24,796 bases of DNA, from the IMG/VR virus record IMGVR_UViG_3300032218_001470, positions 1 to 24,796 of that record. One strand, 5' to 3'. The stretch comes from a virus (Duplodnaviria > Caudoviricetes). The number at the start of each line of letters is the position of its first letter. The first letter of the stretch is position 1. A program made the translations under genes and the position numbers. Below, one piece after another: positions 15,457 through 24,237 of the stretch. The notes under the pieces are model-generated. The model did not search any database. It was not told the origin of the DNA and saw nothing but the letters and a program-made list of their open reading frames with translations.

Positions 15457-17138
15457 GGATTTCTGTCCTTGAAAATCTTTTCTCCCAGCGTGTAGTTTTC
15501 TTTGGCGTTGTGCTTTTTGAATTCTTCGTCCTGTGGTGCGCCTGTGAAAATTGGGTTGTTGTGTGTAAAAACAACGTCCTTGGCGGAAATGATGACGCCG
15601 TCGCATGCAGCTCTTTTGGAAAATTCGTTATCCGAAAAAATGCCAGAGCATGCGTCGTATTCAGCCGCAAACATGGCGCCCTGATCGTCTAGTCTTGCCC
15701 GGGTCATGATTGCCATACACAGCAGGTCGTCCTGCCGGTGGCCGTCGCTAATCGCCAAAACCTTCGGCTTGCTGGTATCGCCCAGCCTATCGATCAGAAT
15801 CTGATCCCAGTGCAGCGGTGGATCCCAATCGTCGGATCCCTGCACGATGATCTCGCCTTGCGCCACGGCGCTCGCCCTGTTCCAAGCGGCGATGCAGCTT
15901 CCCTTCCCCATGACCGGCCCCCACGGTTTTAGCGTCTTCGCCTTCTCATCGTCATCATCGCACGAAAAGATCCATTCGACGGCAGCCGGATCCGCTGCCT
16001 TTTTCATCCAAAGGATTCTGGCGTTGATCGCTTCCTGTGGTCTCCCACGGGTGGCGTGACAGATTGAGATTTTGATTGGACGGATCTTCCGCCAGCTCCC
16101 CCACACGCGCTCGGCCTCGTCGTTGTCGCCTACGGCCCGGCACGCGGCGATATACAGATCGATGCATTCAAAATCATAGACCGTGCGCTGAGCGTTCCAG
16201 ATCGTGACGCCGGGATCCGACTGCACCATCGCCGACTTGAGATAATGGTAGGCCGACGACCAGCGGCCGACGGACGCTTCTTCCCTGGCCAAGTAGTAAA
16301 GAGATTCACGCCGGCTGGGATTCATGTGGTGCGCTTTGTGATAAAGCTCGATCCGCTTTTCACGGTCAGGCGTGGCCGTCGCCAAATTGTTCATGGCCTC
16401 GTATGCCAGTGTGGCTTCCTGATCTGGCCAGTGCGCGGCAGCGTTTGACCATGGGATCGATTCCGTGCGGTTGTTGGATAGGAAAAGTTCCTGCTGGTAG
16501 TAATAGGCGTATTTTCCGGCCTCGCTTAGTTGCGCTTTGAGAATGCGGAGATTGCGGTCAGCGCTTCCCTGCTTGTATCCGCCAGGGTGATGTTCAACCC
16601 AGACCGCCTGCTCGCCGACTGAAGTGAATCCCGGAAGCGGCAACAGCGCCTCATGTACGGCGTAGTTCCACCGGCCCGTCCATCCGTTGTCGGTTTTCTT
16701 CACCATCCGTTCCCGTACTGGGGTAAGTTTAGCGTTTAAAACCGCATAAACTCCGGCATAGATGCCGACCTTCGGATCGGATTCAAACGCCGCCACGGCT
16801 CGTTTAAACGCGTTTTTTAGGTCTTTATGGGGCAGGTCATCGCAGTCGACCCATACGGCATAGTCCCCGGAGCAGGCGTCTAGTGCTTTGTTGCGGGCGG
16901 CCGCAAAGTTGTCGATGTGCGGCCAATCGGCGCCTGCTGGTGCGTTGTGATATTCGGTGATGACGGCCCCAGCCTTTTCAGCGATCGCCCGGGTTCCGTC
17001 GTCCGGCCGGGATCCCTGCGCCATGCACACGACCAGTTCATCGCAGAACGGTTTAAATGCTGTCAGGCAGCGTTCCATGAATGCGGCCTCATGGCCTGCA
17101 ATCATGTAAATTGAAATTTTAGGATTTCGGGTGGCCAC
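15453..17138 (-). CDS. two-domain glycosyltransferase: GT2 - TPR-like - GT2
   Basis: ISIYMIA..NFAAARNKAL..WVDCDD..VHE (GT-A with DxD); central TPR-like helices (PSRRESLYYLA); second GT-A domain ISICHATRGRP..QGSDDWDPP. Confidence 0.88.
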   Translation of the reverse strand: MATRNPKISIYMIAGHEAAFMERCLTAFKPFCDELVVCMAQGSRPDDGTRAIAEKAGAVITEYHNAPAGADWPHIDNFAAARNKALDACSGDYAVWVDCDDLPHKDLKNAFKRAVAAFESDPKVGIYAGVYAVLNAKLTPVRERMVKKTDNGWTGRWNYAVHEALLPLPGFTSVGEQAVWVEHHPGGYKQGSADRNLRILKAQLSEAGKYAYYYQQELFLSNNRTESIPWSNAAAHWPDQEATLAYEAMNNLATATPDREKRIELYHKAHHMNPSRRESLYYLAREEASVGRWSSAYHYLKSAMVQSDPGVTIWNAQRTVYDFECIDLYIAACRAVGDNDEAERVWGSWRKIRPIKISICHATRGRPQEAINARILWMKKAADPAAVEWIFSCDDDDEKAKTLKPWGPVMGKGSCIAAWNRASAVAQGEIIVQGSDDWDPPLHWDQILIDRLGDTSKPKVLAISDGHRQDDLLCMAIMTRARLDDQGAMFAAEYDACSGIFSDNEFSKRAACDGVIISAKDVVFTHNNPIFTGAPQDEEFKKHNAKENYTLGEKIFKDRNP

Positions 17139-17140
17139 GT

Positions 17141-17440
17141 TTAAACCTCTCGAAGTCCCAGCACGTAGCTTCCGATTGATGTATCAATCGACGCCACCCG
17201 ATAGCTGACCGAATTGGCCAAAAGAATGGAACCGATTGTCGGAGCTGTGGCCATGTTTGCCACGTCAATGGTGAACGTTGAATTCAGATCCAAATCAAAG
17301 CCGCCTAGCTCGACGTTTTCTTTGCGTGAGATTGTGGACAGGATCCCGGTGACGCTTGTGGATCCGATGGTGGCGGCGGTGCCTGTCTGGGTGTAGAGAG
17401 CCGCCAGACTTTCCTTTAGGCATTCAGTAAATTCAGACAT
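17141..17440 (-). CDS. head closure / head-tail joining protein (gpFII-like)
   Basis: 99 aa beta-rich, APTIGSIL..SYRVASI pattern, follows capsid. Confidence 0.65.
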   Translation of the reverse strand: MSEFTECLKESLAALYTQTGTAATIGSTSVTGILSTISRKENVELGGFDLDLNSTFTIDVANMATAPTIGSILLANSVSYRVASIDTSIGSYVLGLREV

Positions 17441-17454
17441 TTGAGGATTTCTTA

Positions 17455-17492
17455 AAGTGGAAAGGGCGGCGGGCCTTTCAGCCCACCGCCCT
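17455..17492 (-). terminator. probable intrinsic terminator or stabilising hairpin after the major capsid gene
   Basis: - strand AGGGCGGTGGGC-TGAAAG-GCCCGCCGCCCT followed by TTCCACTTT (imperfect U tract). Confidence 0.7.
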
Positions 17493-17503
17493 CCCCGAGT
17501 GAA

Positions 17504-18394
17504 TTAGCTGCCGTTGATACGCACGAGGCTGTTGGTCTCGCCGGCCTTGCAGCCGTAAATTAGGCAATAGGTTCTCTGGAGCTGCCCTGAAAACACATTA
17601 TATGCCTCCCTTATTTGGATCGAAAGTCCAGTCCGAGGTTCCGTAACCGTATCAATCGTTCCAGGGATTGGAACGTTGGTAGGAATTTCGGGAACGCGGG
17701 CTGCGATCAAGAGCGCTTCACGCTGGGCGAAGAATCCGCCGAGGGTGATGCTGTTGGAAGGAACCGCGCTGTACATGTTGATGTTGAACCCGGCAACGGA
17801 TCCGATGCCAGCCGTGCGGGCCTGTTCACCGGAGATCTGAGCGTTCGCCACGATGGTCGAATCATTCAAGAGTCGGCCATAGTAAGAAGGCGCCAGAACC
17901 GCATACCGATCGTGCTGGGGAACGTTGTTATTGTTGAGGGTGATTCCAGCCGAAACCACGGAGGCGTAGCTGAAGGTCGCCGAGCTCTGCGTGAGCGCGG
18001 AGGTGAAGCTGCTGGAAGTGACGAGCGCGAGCAGGTCACCGACCATCTGCAAACCAAGAGCGTGAGCGGCCGCACCGGCGAACCGTTCGATCAGGTTGAT
18101 GTTGGAGCTGGTGCGCTCTTGATCGTCCACCGAATACGAAACGTGTTTGAATTTGTTCAGAGTGATCTGAACGTCGGTCTGTGTGGTAGCTGTCGCCACG
18201 TAGCCGTTGGCCTGCGAGTAGTCCTGGGCGGTCGTCGCAGAGATGCGGTGGGTGTAGATCGAGGCGTTGTATTTTGCCGCTTCGTTGCTGAAATCCGTGA
18301 CGGAGTTTCTGAGGAAGCTGTAATCCGCCACGAGGATCTCGAGAGCCCTCTGAGCGATTACATTGGCATTCGTTGTTCCGATTGTGTTGGCCAT
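17504..18394 (-). CDS. major capsid protein (HK97 fold, P22-coat-like)
   Basis: 296 aa after scaffold; ITLNKFKHVSYSVDDQE, LNNNNVPQHDRYAVLAP, IGSVAGFNI motifs; SD AGGAG; downstream hairpin. Confidence 0.85.
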   Translation of the reverse strand: MANTIGTTNANVIAQRALEILVADYSFLRNSVTDFSNEAAKYNASIYTHRISATTAQDYSQANGYVATATTQTDVQITLNKFKHVSYSVDDQERTSSNINLIERFAGAAAHALGLQMVGDLLALVTSSSFTSALTQSSATFSYASVVSAGITLNNNNVPQHDRYAVLAPSYYGRLLNDSTIVANAQISGEQARTAGIGSVAGFNINMYSAVPSNSITLGGFFAQREALLIAARVPEIPTNVPIPGTIDTVTEPRTGLSIQIREAYNVFSGQLQRTYCLIYGCKAGETNSLVRINGS

Positions 18395-18416
18395 TGTAGT
18401 GTTCTCCTAGTGGGCC

Positions 18417-19361
18417 TTACAGCCCGAGTTTGCGGAGCAGTTCCGACCGACGGGCCGGTGACTTTTCCGCGTTGAATTGATTGAGGATTTCAGCCCGGCC
18501 GAGCGGTTGGCTCGATTCAGCGGGAACCGCCACTGCACCAGCAGCGTCGGCCTTGGCTTTTTCCAAAGTGGTCACGGCCTTGTCGGCCTTTTCGTCGGAC
18601 TTGGCGCTCATTCCGTAAGGTTTGGCCATGTCTTCAGCGGGAGCGGCAGGAGCTTCGCCAGCCTCTTCGCCTTGTTCTCCGGCGATGTCTGCCTTTTGAA
18701 GGGCGATCATGGAGTCCATCTTTTCAGAGAGAGCGGTCAACATTCCGACGACGTCCGTGAGAGTAGGTTCGGCCATTTTTTCCTCGGGCTTGTCGGCAGG
18801 TTTTTCAGCCAGCTCGGCTTTCACCTCGACAACGGGAGATTCAACGGCAGGAGCTGCGACCTCGGCCACGACGACCGGCGCGATCTCCTCTTTGTTCACT
18901 TCGACAGACGCTTCGTTCATTTGCAGTTTTTTCATGTCAACTGCTGTGAATGCAGAAAACATTCCGGCGGGGTTGGCGGCCGGGGTGCTGACCACGCTGA
19001 TGTCGTAGATCTCGGTTACCCTAGCGAAACGATCACCTGCAATTTCCTCTGGGACGCCGCTGAACGTAAGGGACAGGCCAAATCCTTCCGGGAGTACCTG
19101 CGCCAAGTGCTGTACGAACTGCGCTTCGTTGGTGTTAAACAGGGTCAGGTCGCCCATCAGTCGTTCGCCTTCAATCCTGAATCCGTCGATATATCCAAGG
19201 ATCCCGGAGACCTCGGCCCCGTGGCCCATGGTCACCTTGATTCGCTTCATGGAATTGGCGACTTCGAGCGCCTGCTCGAGCGACTTTTGATCGATCAGCA
19301 GATTGTGACCCTTGGCCTCGCCGATCGTAAGAATGGAAACGTTTGAGAGTTTGTTGGCCAT
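18417..19361 (-). CDS. prohead protease fused to scaffold domain
   Basis: N-terminal H..G, GLS, ISVVSTPAANP protease-like motifs; C-terminal half Glu/Ala/Pro-rich; start revised to ATG 19361. Confidence 0.75.
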   Translation of the reverse strand: MANKLSNVSILTIGEAKGHNLLIDQKSLEQALEVANSMKRIKVTMGHGAEVSGILGYIDGFRIEGERLMGDLTLFNTNEAQFVQHLAQVLPEGFGLSLTFSGVPEEIAGDRFARVTEIYDISVVSTPAANPAGMFSAFTAVDMKKLQMNEASVEVNKEEIAPVVVAEVAAPAVESPVVEVKAELAEKPADKPEEKMAEPTLTDVVGMLTALSEKMDSMIALQKADIAGEQGEEAGEAPAAPAEDMAKPYGMSAKSDEKADKAVTTLEKAKADAAGAVAVPAESSQPLGRAEILNQFNAEKSPARRSELLRKLGL

Positions 19362-19384
19362 GCAGGCCAACGCGTGTCAAAAAC

Positions 19385-19909
19385 CTAGTTTCTCAGCAGG
19401 ACTGGACTTGGAAAAATAGGCTGAAAAGTTGCAGGCTGACCGCCTTCGGGTGGCGGGGTATGGTGATCGCTGATGGCCTGAAAGATTGAATCGCAGATAT
19501 GCTTTGCCGATTCTTCGTTTTTAATCGACAGAACCTCGTTGTTTAATCCGCCAAGTTTCAGAAGAACCGAACAGCGTGGCTTGCCAACGTACATTTTGTA
19601 AAGAATGGCAGCGCTTCCGCCGGTGATAATAAATGATGTGGCGTAGGATTTTAATGTGAAAAGGATGGGGCCAAAAAGCAGGCCAAACAGGGAAAGAAAA
19701 GTCCAAAGTAAAGTGACGACATTAAAGTTTTTGTTTTTTTCCCATTCGACTCCGTGAATGGCTGGGATGGCAAATTTCTTGTTTCCAAACTGTACGACCT
19801 GCGAAGTGATTAGAAGCGTGCCGTCATTGTAGTAAACATGCGGGCCGGCAGGTGCGGCTTGTTCTTGTTGATCGTTTTGCTGGTATTCGTCAAAATCAAT
19901 CCGCCGCAT
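19385..19909 (-). CDS. moron-like membrane protein (DUF6232-like)
   Basis: YYNDGTLLITSQVVQFGNKKFAIPAIHGV followed by two TM helices; AT-richer than neighbours; upstream TTGTCC..TAATGT promoter-like sequence. Confidence 0.65.
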   Translation of the reverse strand: MRRIDFDEYQQNDQQEQAAPAGPHVYYNDGTLLITSQVVQFGNKKFAIPAIHGVEWEKNKNFNVVTLLWTFLSLFGLLFGPILFTLKSYATSFIITGGSAAILYKMYVGKPRCSVLLKLGGLNNEVLSIKNEESAKHICDSIFQAISDHHTPPPEGGQPATFQPIFPSPVLLRN

Positions 19910-19949
19910 TTCAAAACATTAAACCATCAAAAACGGCGGACAATAAAAA

Positions 19950-22190
19950 TCAGCGCTTCTTTTTAGGCTTTGGCTTTTGATCTTTCAGACCGACCGCCTT
20001 CGCCACCATGTCGAGCTCCTTGGCGGACAGGCTAAAGTCCGGGTCGTCCTTCATCGTAAACGCTTCAGTGCGTGTGTCGGTCTTGGCGGTGAAGCGCAAC
20101 TTGCACGCAGTCTGCCGTTTTTCTTGGTCGGGATATTCTTTGACCATGGCCCGGTCAGTCATGCACCTGTCCATGAAAGCGCTTTCGTTTTCACCGACGC
20201 TGGGATCGGGCATGTTGAATTCCGTTTTTTTATTGAATCGGAGTTTGCATGCGTCCTGCCGGTTGTCCTGATCGGGGTACTCCTTGACCATGGCGCGGTC
20301 AGTCATGCAGCGATCCATGAAAGCGCTTTCGTTTTCGCCCACGGTAGGATCCGGCATGTTGAATTCTGTCTTCGATGTGAAGCGCAACTTGCACGCCCCC
20401 TTCCGTTTGTCCTGATCGGGATATTCCTTGATCATGCTTGTTTCGGTCATGCACCGATCCATGAAAGCGGATTCGTCTTCACCTGGCGTTGGGTCTGGCA
20501 TGTTCAGTTCGACCACGGCCGACAGCTCCGCGTCCGGCCCTGCGTTCGGATCCTTTTGAGGATTCGCTGGAGTGGGTTCGTCCACGGCGGGAGCTTCAGC
20601 CACAGGTTCCACCGGAGCGGATCCGCTTTCTCCGTTTGTTCCTGGGGCCGTTTGCACAGGTGCGCCTTTCGCAATCTTGACGGCGTCTTCTTCGTTCATT
20701 CCAAAAATAGAAACGAGAATCACGACGGCCTGCTCGGGTGTAATCAAACCTTGTCCAATCGATTGGAGAAGAGTGGTTAGACTTTGCGCCCCGCCTACTC
20801 CGATCTTGGTGATAAGCGGTTCGGGCTGTACGTCGCCGCCGCCAAGATAAGCCTGCTCGACTTTTTTCTGATCGGATACTTCCATCCAATCTAATCCAAG
20901 TTCGCCAAAGTAATCGGATAGGGTAGTCAGTCCGGCCTTGTAATCCTCCCGAGATTGCTGTGCCTCTCGAGAAGCGTCCACGGTCAGCGACTTCGGAGTC
21001 TGCCACGTGACCTTTGCGTAGTCTTCAACGGCTGGCAGGTCGCCGCTGGCAATCGCTCCTCCGATGAAATAACGCCACGCCCGATTACAGAATCTGTCGA
21101 TCAGTAGGCGCTGGCGTTGTTCAAAACGACGCTGCGCTTTGGCCACGATAAATCGCATCCCTGCGCCGCCCACGCTGGCCGGGTCATAAACGAATTCCAC
21201 CGGAAGGCCGAGCCCCATCGCCACGTCACGGATGAGAAACTTGGCGAACGGTTCAAAGCCGGCGTGCGGCCGGTTCGGCCCGACCATTTCAATCTTTTCG
21301 CCTGGAGCCAGCCGGGGGATCGTGGCCGAGCTTGTGATTTCTTCGCGGGCGATTGTCGCTTCACCGGAGTCTTGCGCTTGTACGGTTCCAAAGAATCCGC
21401 CCTGCCCGGCCAGCTCGTCGCCTTGATCGGTGGTGATGACGGCGGCGATCGAGCCCTGAAGTTTCAGTGCGTCTTTTTCAAATTCACCCAGCATCTTTAG
21501 ATCCCGGACGTGATTCAACGCACGAGCCAGTGACGATCCTCCGCGGATCTGGTCAGGCCGTTCCAATTCCATGAGATGAATGACGGTATCCGCCCCGAGC
21601 TTCCGGTAGAGTTCGCCGGTTTGGATCAAGTAGGCGGTGGGTTCGCCGAGCTTTCCAAGGAACACGCCGTCGGCTGTCCCGTAGTCGTCCCCCTCGCATA
21701 CCCGATGACCTTCGACAATTTGCAGCTTCCCCTTCTCAGTCATGACGACAAAGACGTCGCCGTCCACGTCGATTGATCGTGACAGAGTCAGCAGCATGTC
21801 CGTCCAAGTCATCCTGCCGGTGACTTCCGGTGATGGCGCGACCATGTCCCGCCAGTATTCCTCGCAGAGTCTTCCGAATTCCTGATCGTTCCCGCGATAT
21901 TGTGGTCGCAGTCCGGGCCCGATCGAATAGGTGGCGATTGAATCTACTGCGCCTTTGATTAGGCCGACGTTGCGGTACATGTGCCGCGCAAGTTTGAGAA
22001 GTTCCGTCCGGGTCGCTTCGTTTAGATCGAGGCGTGAATCGCGGGCGTGCGCTCCGTAAATGACAGGCCGTTTCCGTGAAAATCCTGCGCCCTCGTAAGG
22101 TTGAAACGTACTGATGCCAGCGCCAAATCCTGCGCCAAACGCCTTGATCCCTGCACCCATCCGGGCCACGAGTGAAACCTTTTTCGACAT
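19950..22190 (-). CDS. portal protein, lambda family, with long C-terminal extension
   Basis: ARHMYRN..IG.GLRPQ, DGDVFV, ERPDQIRGGS, LAPGEKIE, AMGLGLP.E motifs; position after terL and gpW. Confidence 0.92.
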   Translation of the reverse strand: MSKKVSLVARMGAGIKAFGAGFGAGISTFQPYEGAGFSRKRPVIYGAHARDSRLDLNEATRTELLKLARHMYRNVGLIKGAVDSIATYSIGPGLRPQYRGNDQEFGRLCEEYWRDMVAPSPEVTGRMTWTDMLLTLSRSIDVDGDVFVVMTEKGKLQIVEGHRVCEGDDYGTADGVFLGKLGEPTAYLIQTGELYRKLGADTVIHLMELERPDQIRGGSSLARALNHVRDLKMLGEFEKDALKLQGSIAAVITTDQGDELAGQGGFFGTVQAQDSGEATIAREEITSSATIPRLAPGEKIEMVGPNRPHAGFEPFAKFLIRDVAMGLGLPVEFVYDPASVGGAGMRFIVAKAQRRFEQRQRLLIDRFCNRAWRYFIGGAIASGDLPAVEDYAKVTWQTPKSLTVDASREAQQSREDYKAGLTTLSDYFGELGLDWMEVSDQKKVEQAYLGGGDVQPEPLITKIGVGGAQSLTTLLQSIGQGLITPEQAVVILVSIFGMNEEDAVKIAKGAPVQTAPGTNGESGSAPVEPVAEAPAVDEPTPANPQKDPNAGPDAELSAVVELNMPDPTPGEDESAFMDRCMTETSMIKEYPDQDKRKGACKLRFTSKTEFNMPDPTVGENESAFMDRCMTDRAMVKEYPDQDNRQDACKLRFNKKTEFNMPDPSVGENESAFMDRCMTDRAMVKEYPDQEKRQTACKLRFTAKTDTRTEAFTMKDDPDFSLSAKELDMVAKAVGLKDQKPKPKKKR
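20073..20504 (-). repeat. three tandem 144-bp (48-aa) coding repeats in the portal C-terminus
   Basis: NMPDPxxGExESAFMDRCMTxxxMxKEYPDQxxRxxACKLRF three times; Met codons at 20501, 20357 and 20213. Confidence 0.95.
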
Positions 22191-22192
22191 AA

Positions 22193-22486
22193 TTAGCTGT
22201 CCAGAATGTAAGAAAACGAGGCGCTGGTGCGTGTGACCTGTACGCCGTTTAGGTAATCAATGGCAGCCTGAAACAGTTCGACGCGTTCGGTGGGTTTCAT
22301 GTCGATTTGAAAACTGGCGGATTGTCCGCCCGCCGACGTACCCACCAAAGCACGGCCTGAAGCTGCGCCGGTCATGGCCGAGTTTCTGTCGGCTGCCAGA
22401 TTGGTCAGCGCTGTCGCTGTAACCCCGGAGGCTTGTGCCAGGTAGTTGGTAGCGACGGCGCGGGTAAGTCTGCGAGAAGCGGCCAT
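22193..22486 (-). CDS. head-tail adaptor (gpW position)
   Basis: About 97 aa between terL and portal, as in lambda A-W-B. Confidence 0.6.
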   Translation of the reverse strand: MAASRRLTRAVATNYLAQASGVTATALTNLAADRNSAMTGAASGRALVGTSAGGQSASFQIDMKPTERVELFQAAIDYLNGVQVTRTSASFSYILDS

Positions 22487-24237
22487 CACTCGCCCGTGGG
22501 TGTCAACGATTCCTCGTCCAGCGCGGCCGTCGGCCTGATGATTTTTCCAAACACGGCAAACCCGGCCAGATAAGTCTCGCAGTCATACAAGTGATCTTGA
22601 CGGCTTTTGATTCGCACCCATTCGTATAGATCCTTGCCGGTCTTTCGATTGATGCGGTGGATCTTTTTGTGGGAGGACATGTGCTCTTTGTATTGTGGGG
22701 AAACGTCGTGAGCCACTTCCCACAGCGGCCCCTGCCCACGACGCAACCATGCCAGCAAATCCTGACAGGCCGGTGAGCTAAGCAGAATCAGCATGCAGCC
22801 GGCGTCGGTCGGTTGCGTTGCGCTGTGGACTGATTTCATTCGACCGCGTGGCGTTTCAATCCAATAAAATGGGCGCTCCTCACCTTTTAACGCCGTGAAC
22901 TTGTAGCGGGCGGCGATCCGGTATGTATCTTGAGCTTCAAACCCTGAGTCGATGCAGACGTGCTTCGGATCCACGCCGAGCTCGTGAAGTGTTTGCGCCA
23001 CGTCCTCGATCGTTCGCCTCCGCCCTTCCTCAATCAGCCGACTCGATCCGTCCCGGGCGAACGCACGCACGGCGAACCAGTATTCGTCGATCTGTCTATC
23101 TATGGCCGCAAGTTTTATATGTTCCGTTTCCCATGATTGCCTTTTTGCAAAGGCACCCGCGGGAATGTCCACAGTCTTGTCGTCGTCGAACTGATCTTCC
23201 CAGGGTAAAGCGCTCCACCCGTTCACGAACCCCTGCAATCCGTGCAGATAATGTTTTTCCGTCAGGAACTTTTTGGCGCAGTCGGCGATCGTCACGCTCA
23301 ATGAGTAGTACGACGGCAGCCGGAAGCTACGTCGGCCCGGCTCGGCGTTTGCATTGCCAGCCACCCAATTCCCTTGCTCGATTGCCTTTCGCCGTTCGCC
23401 TTCCGTCCACGGGTGGTCGCATTTTGTGCAGTGATACCGGGCGGTCTCTCCAACCTTTTTCATGTCCCACTTTCCGTTCGCGTCCCGGGCTGCGTCGTCC
23501 CATCGCACTTGTCCGAATTCCATCGCCTGCGCTTCGTTGCAGGCCGGGCATGGAACGTGATAGGTCTCCTGAGATCCGGCCAGATAATTCGTCCAGATGT
23601 CGCCGGTGCTTAGTGTGGGCGTGCTGGTCAGAACGTGTTTGCGTGCCGGAAACGCCTTCGTGCGTTCTAAGCATAGCGACATGGCGGAAGTTTCCTTGTC
23701 AGTAGGCGGCGCAAACTTGTCGAGCTCGTCCAGAACGGCGATGCAGACAGGACGGCTTGAGATGTTGGCCGGACTGTTCGATCCGGTCAGCGTCAGCGTG
23801 CAGTTTAGGAACTGCATTTCCAAGTTGGCAAAGTCGTCGCTGTCATATGGGAATAGCGCTTTCACCGGCTTGCATTTTTCAAAAATTGGCACCAGCCGCG
23901 TCTTGGAATATGACCGCGCCAGATCGGCGTTGGGCATGACCAGCAGTGACGGCGCTGGGTCGTTGGCGATCCGATAGGCCAGCCACACCGCCAGCGTCAG
24001 CGTCTTTCCTGTCTGACTTCCCCAGCACAAGCAAACCGTGTGAACGCCCGGATCCGCCAGCGCTTCAAGCACGCCCCGGACGTAGGGCGAGTTGGCCGTA
24101 GAGTACAGCCCGGGCCGAGCCGTGATCCGGCTGTCCAGTTGGATGTTCCGTTCCGCCCACTCAATCACGGACGGCGGTTTCTCATAATGCCAGCGGGCCT
24201 TTTCCCGTCGGCGCAGTTCGGTCTGTGCCTTCGTCAC
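22486..24237 (-). CDS. terL: terminase large subunit, lambda GpA family
   Basis: Walker A GSQTGKT, Walker B IAVLDELD, LTSTPT, CPAC..CTKC zinc site, IDSG and DHLYDCETY nuclease motifs. Confidence 0.95.
   Translation of the reverse strand: MTKAQTELRRREKARWHYEKPPSVIEWAERNIQLDSRITARPGLYSTANSPYVRGVLEALADPGVHTVCLCWGSQTGKTLTLAVWLAYRIANDPAPSLLVMPNADLARSYSKTRLVPIFEKCKPVKALFPYDSDDFANLEMQFLNCTLTLTGSNSPANISSRPVCIAVLDELDKFAPPTDKETSAMSLCLERTKAFPARKHVLTSTPTLSTGDIWTNYLAGSQETYHVPCPACNEAQAMEFGQVRWDDAARDANGKWDMKKVGETARYHCTKCDHPWTEGERRKAIEQGNWVAGNANAEPGRRSFRLPSYYSLSVTIADCAKKFLTEKHYLHGLQGFVNGWSALPWEDQFDDDKTVDIPAGAFAKRQSWETEHIKLAAIDRQIDEYWFAVRAFARDGSSRLIEEGRRRTIEDVAQTLHELGVDPKHVCIDSGFEAQDTYRIAARYKFTALKGEERPFYWIETPRGRMKSVHSATQPTDAGCMLILLSSPACQDLLAWLRRGQGPLWEVAHDVSPQYKEHMSSHKKIHRINRKTGKDLYEWVRIKSRQDHLYDCETYLAGFAVFGKIIRPTAALDEESLTPTGE

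Noticed and set aside
15457-15606. N-terminal extension of the methyltransferase (and similar extensions to 865, 3495, 5751)
   Set aside because: These extensions overlap upstream genes; better-supported downstream starts exist, mostly ATGA/GTGA-coupled
17615-19346. long + strand ORFs (286 and 289 aa) opposite capsid and protease
   Set aside because: Codon-register shadows of well-supported - strand genes, with no protein-like motifs
20073-20504. CRISPR array or DGR template/variable repeat
   Set aside because: Repeats are contiguous, in-frame and lack spacers; differences are not adenine-specific and no reverse transcriptase is present in the window
19977-20780. 267-aa + strand ORF with repeats
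   Set aside because: Antisense shadow of the portal repeats
22923-23705. 260-aa + strand ORF
   Set aside because: Arg/Ser/Pro-rich off-frame translation opposite terL
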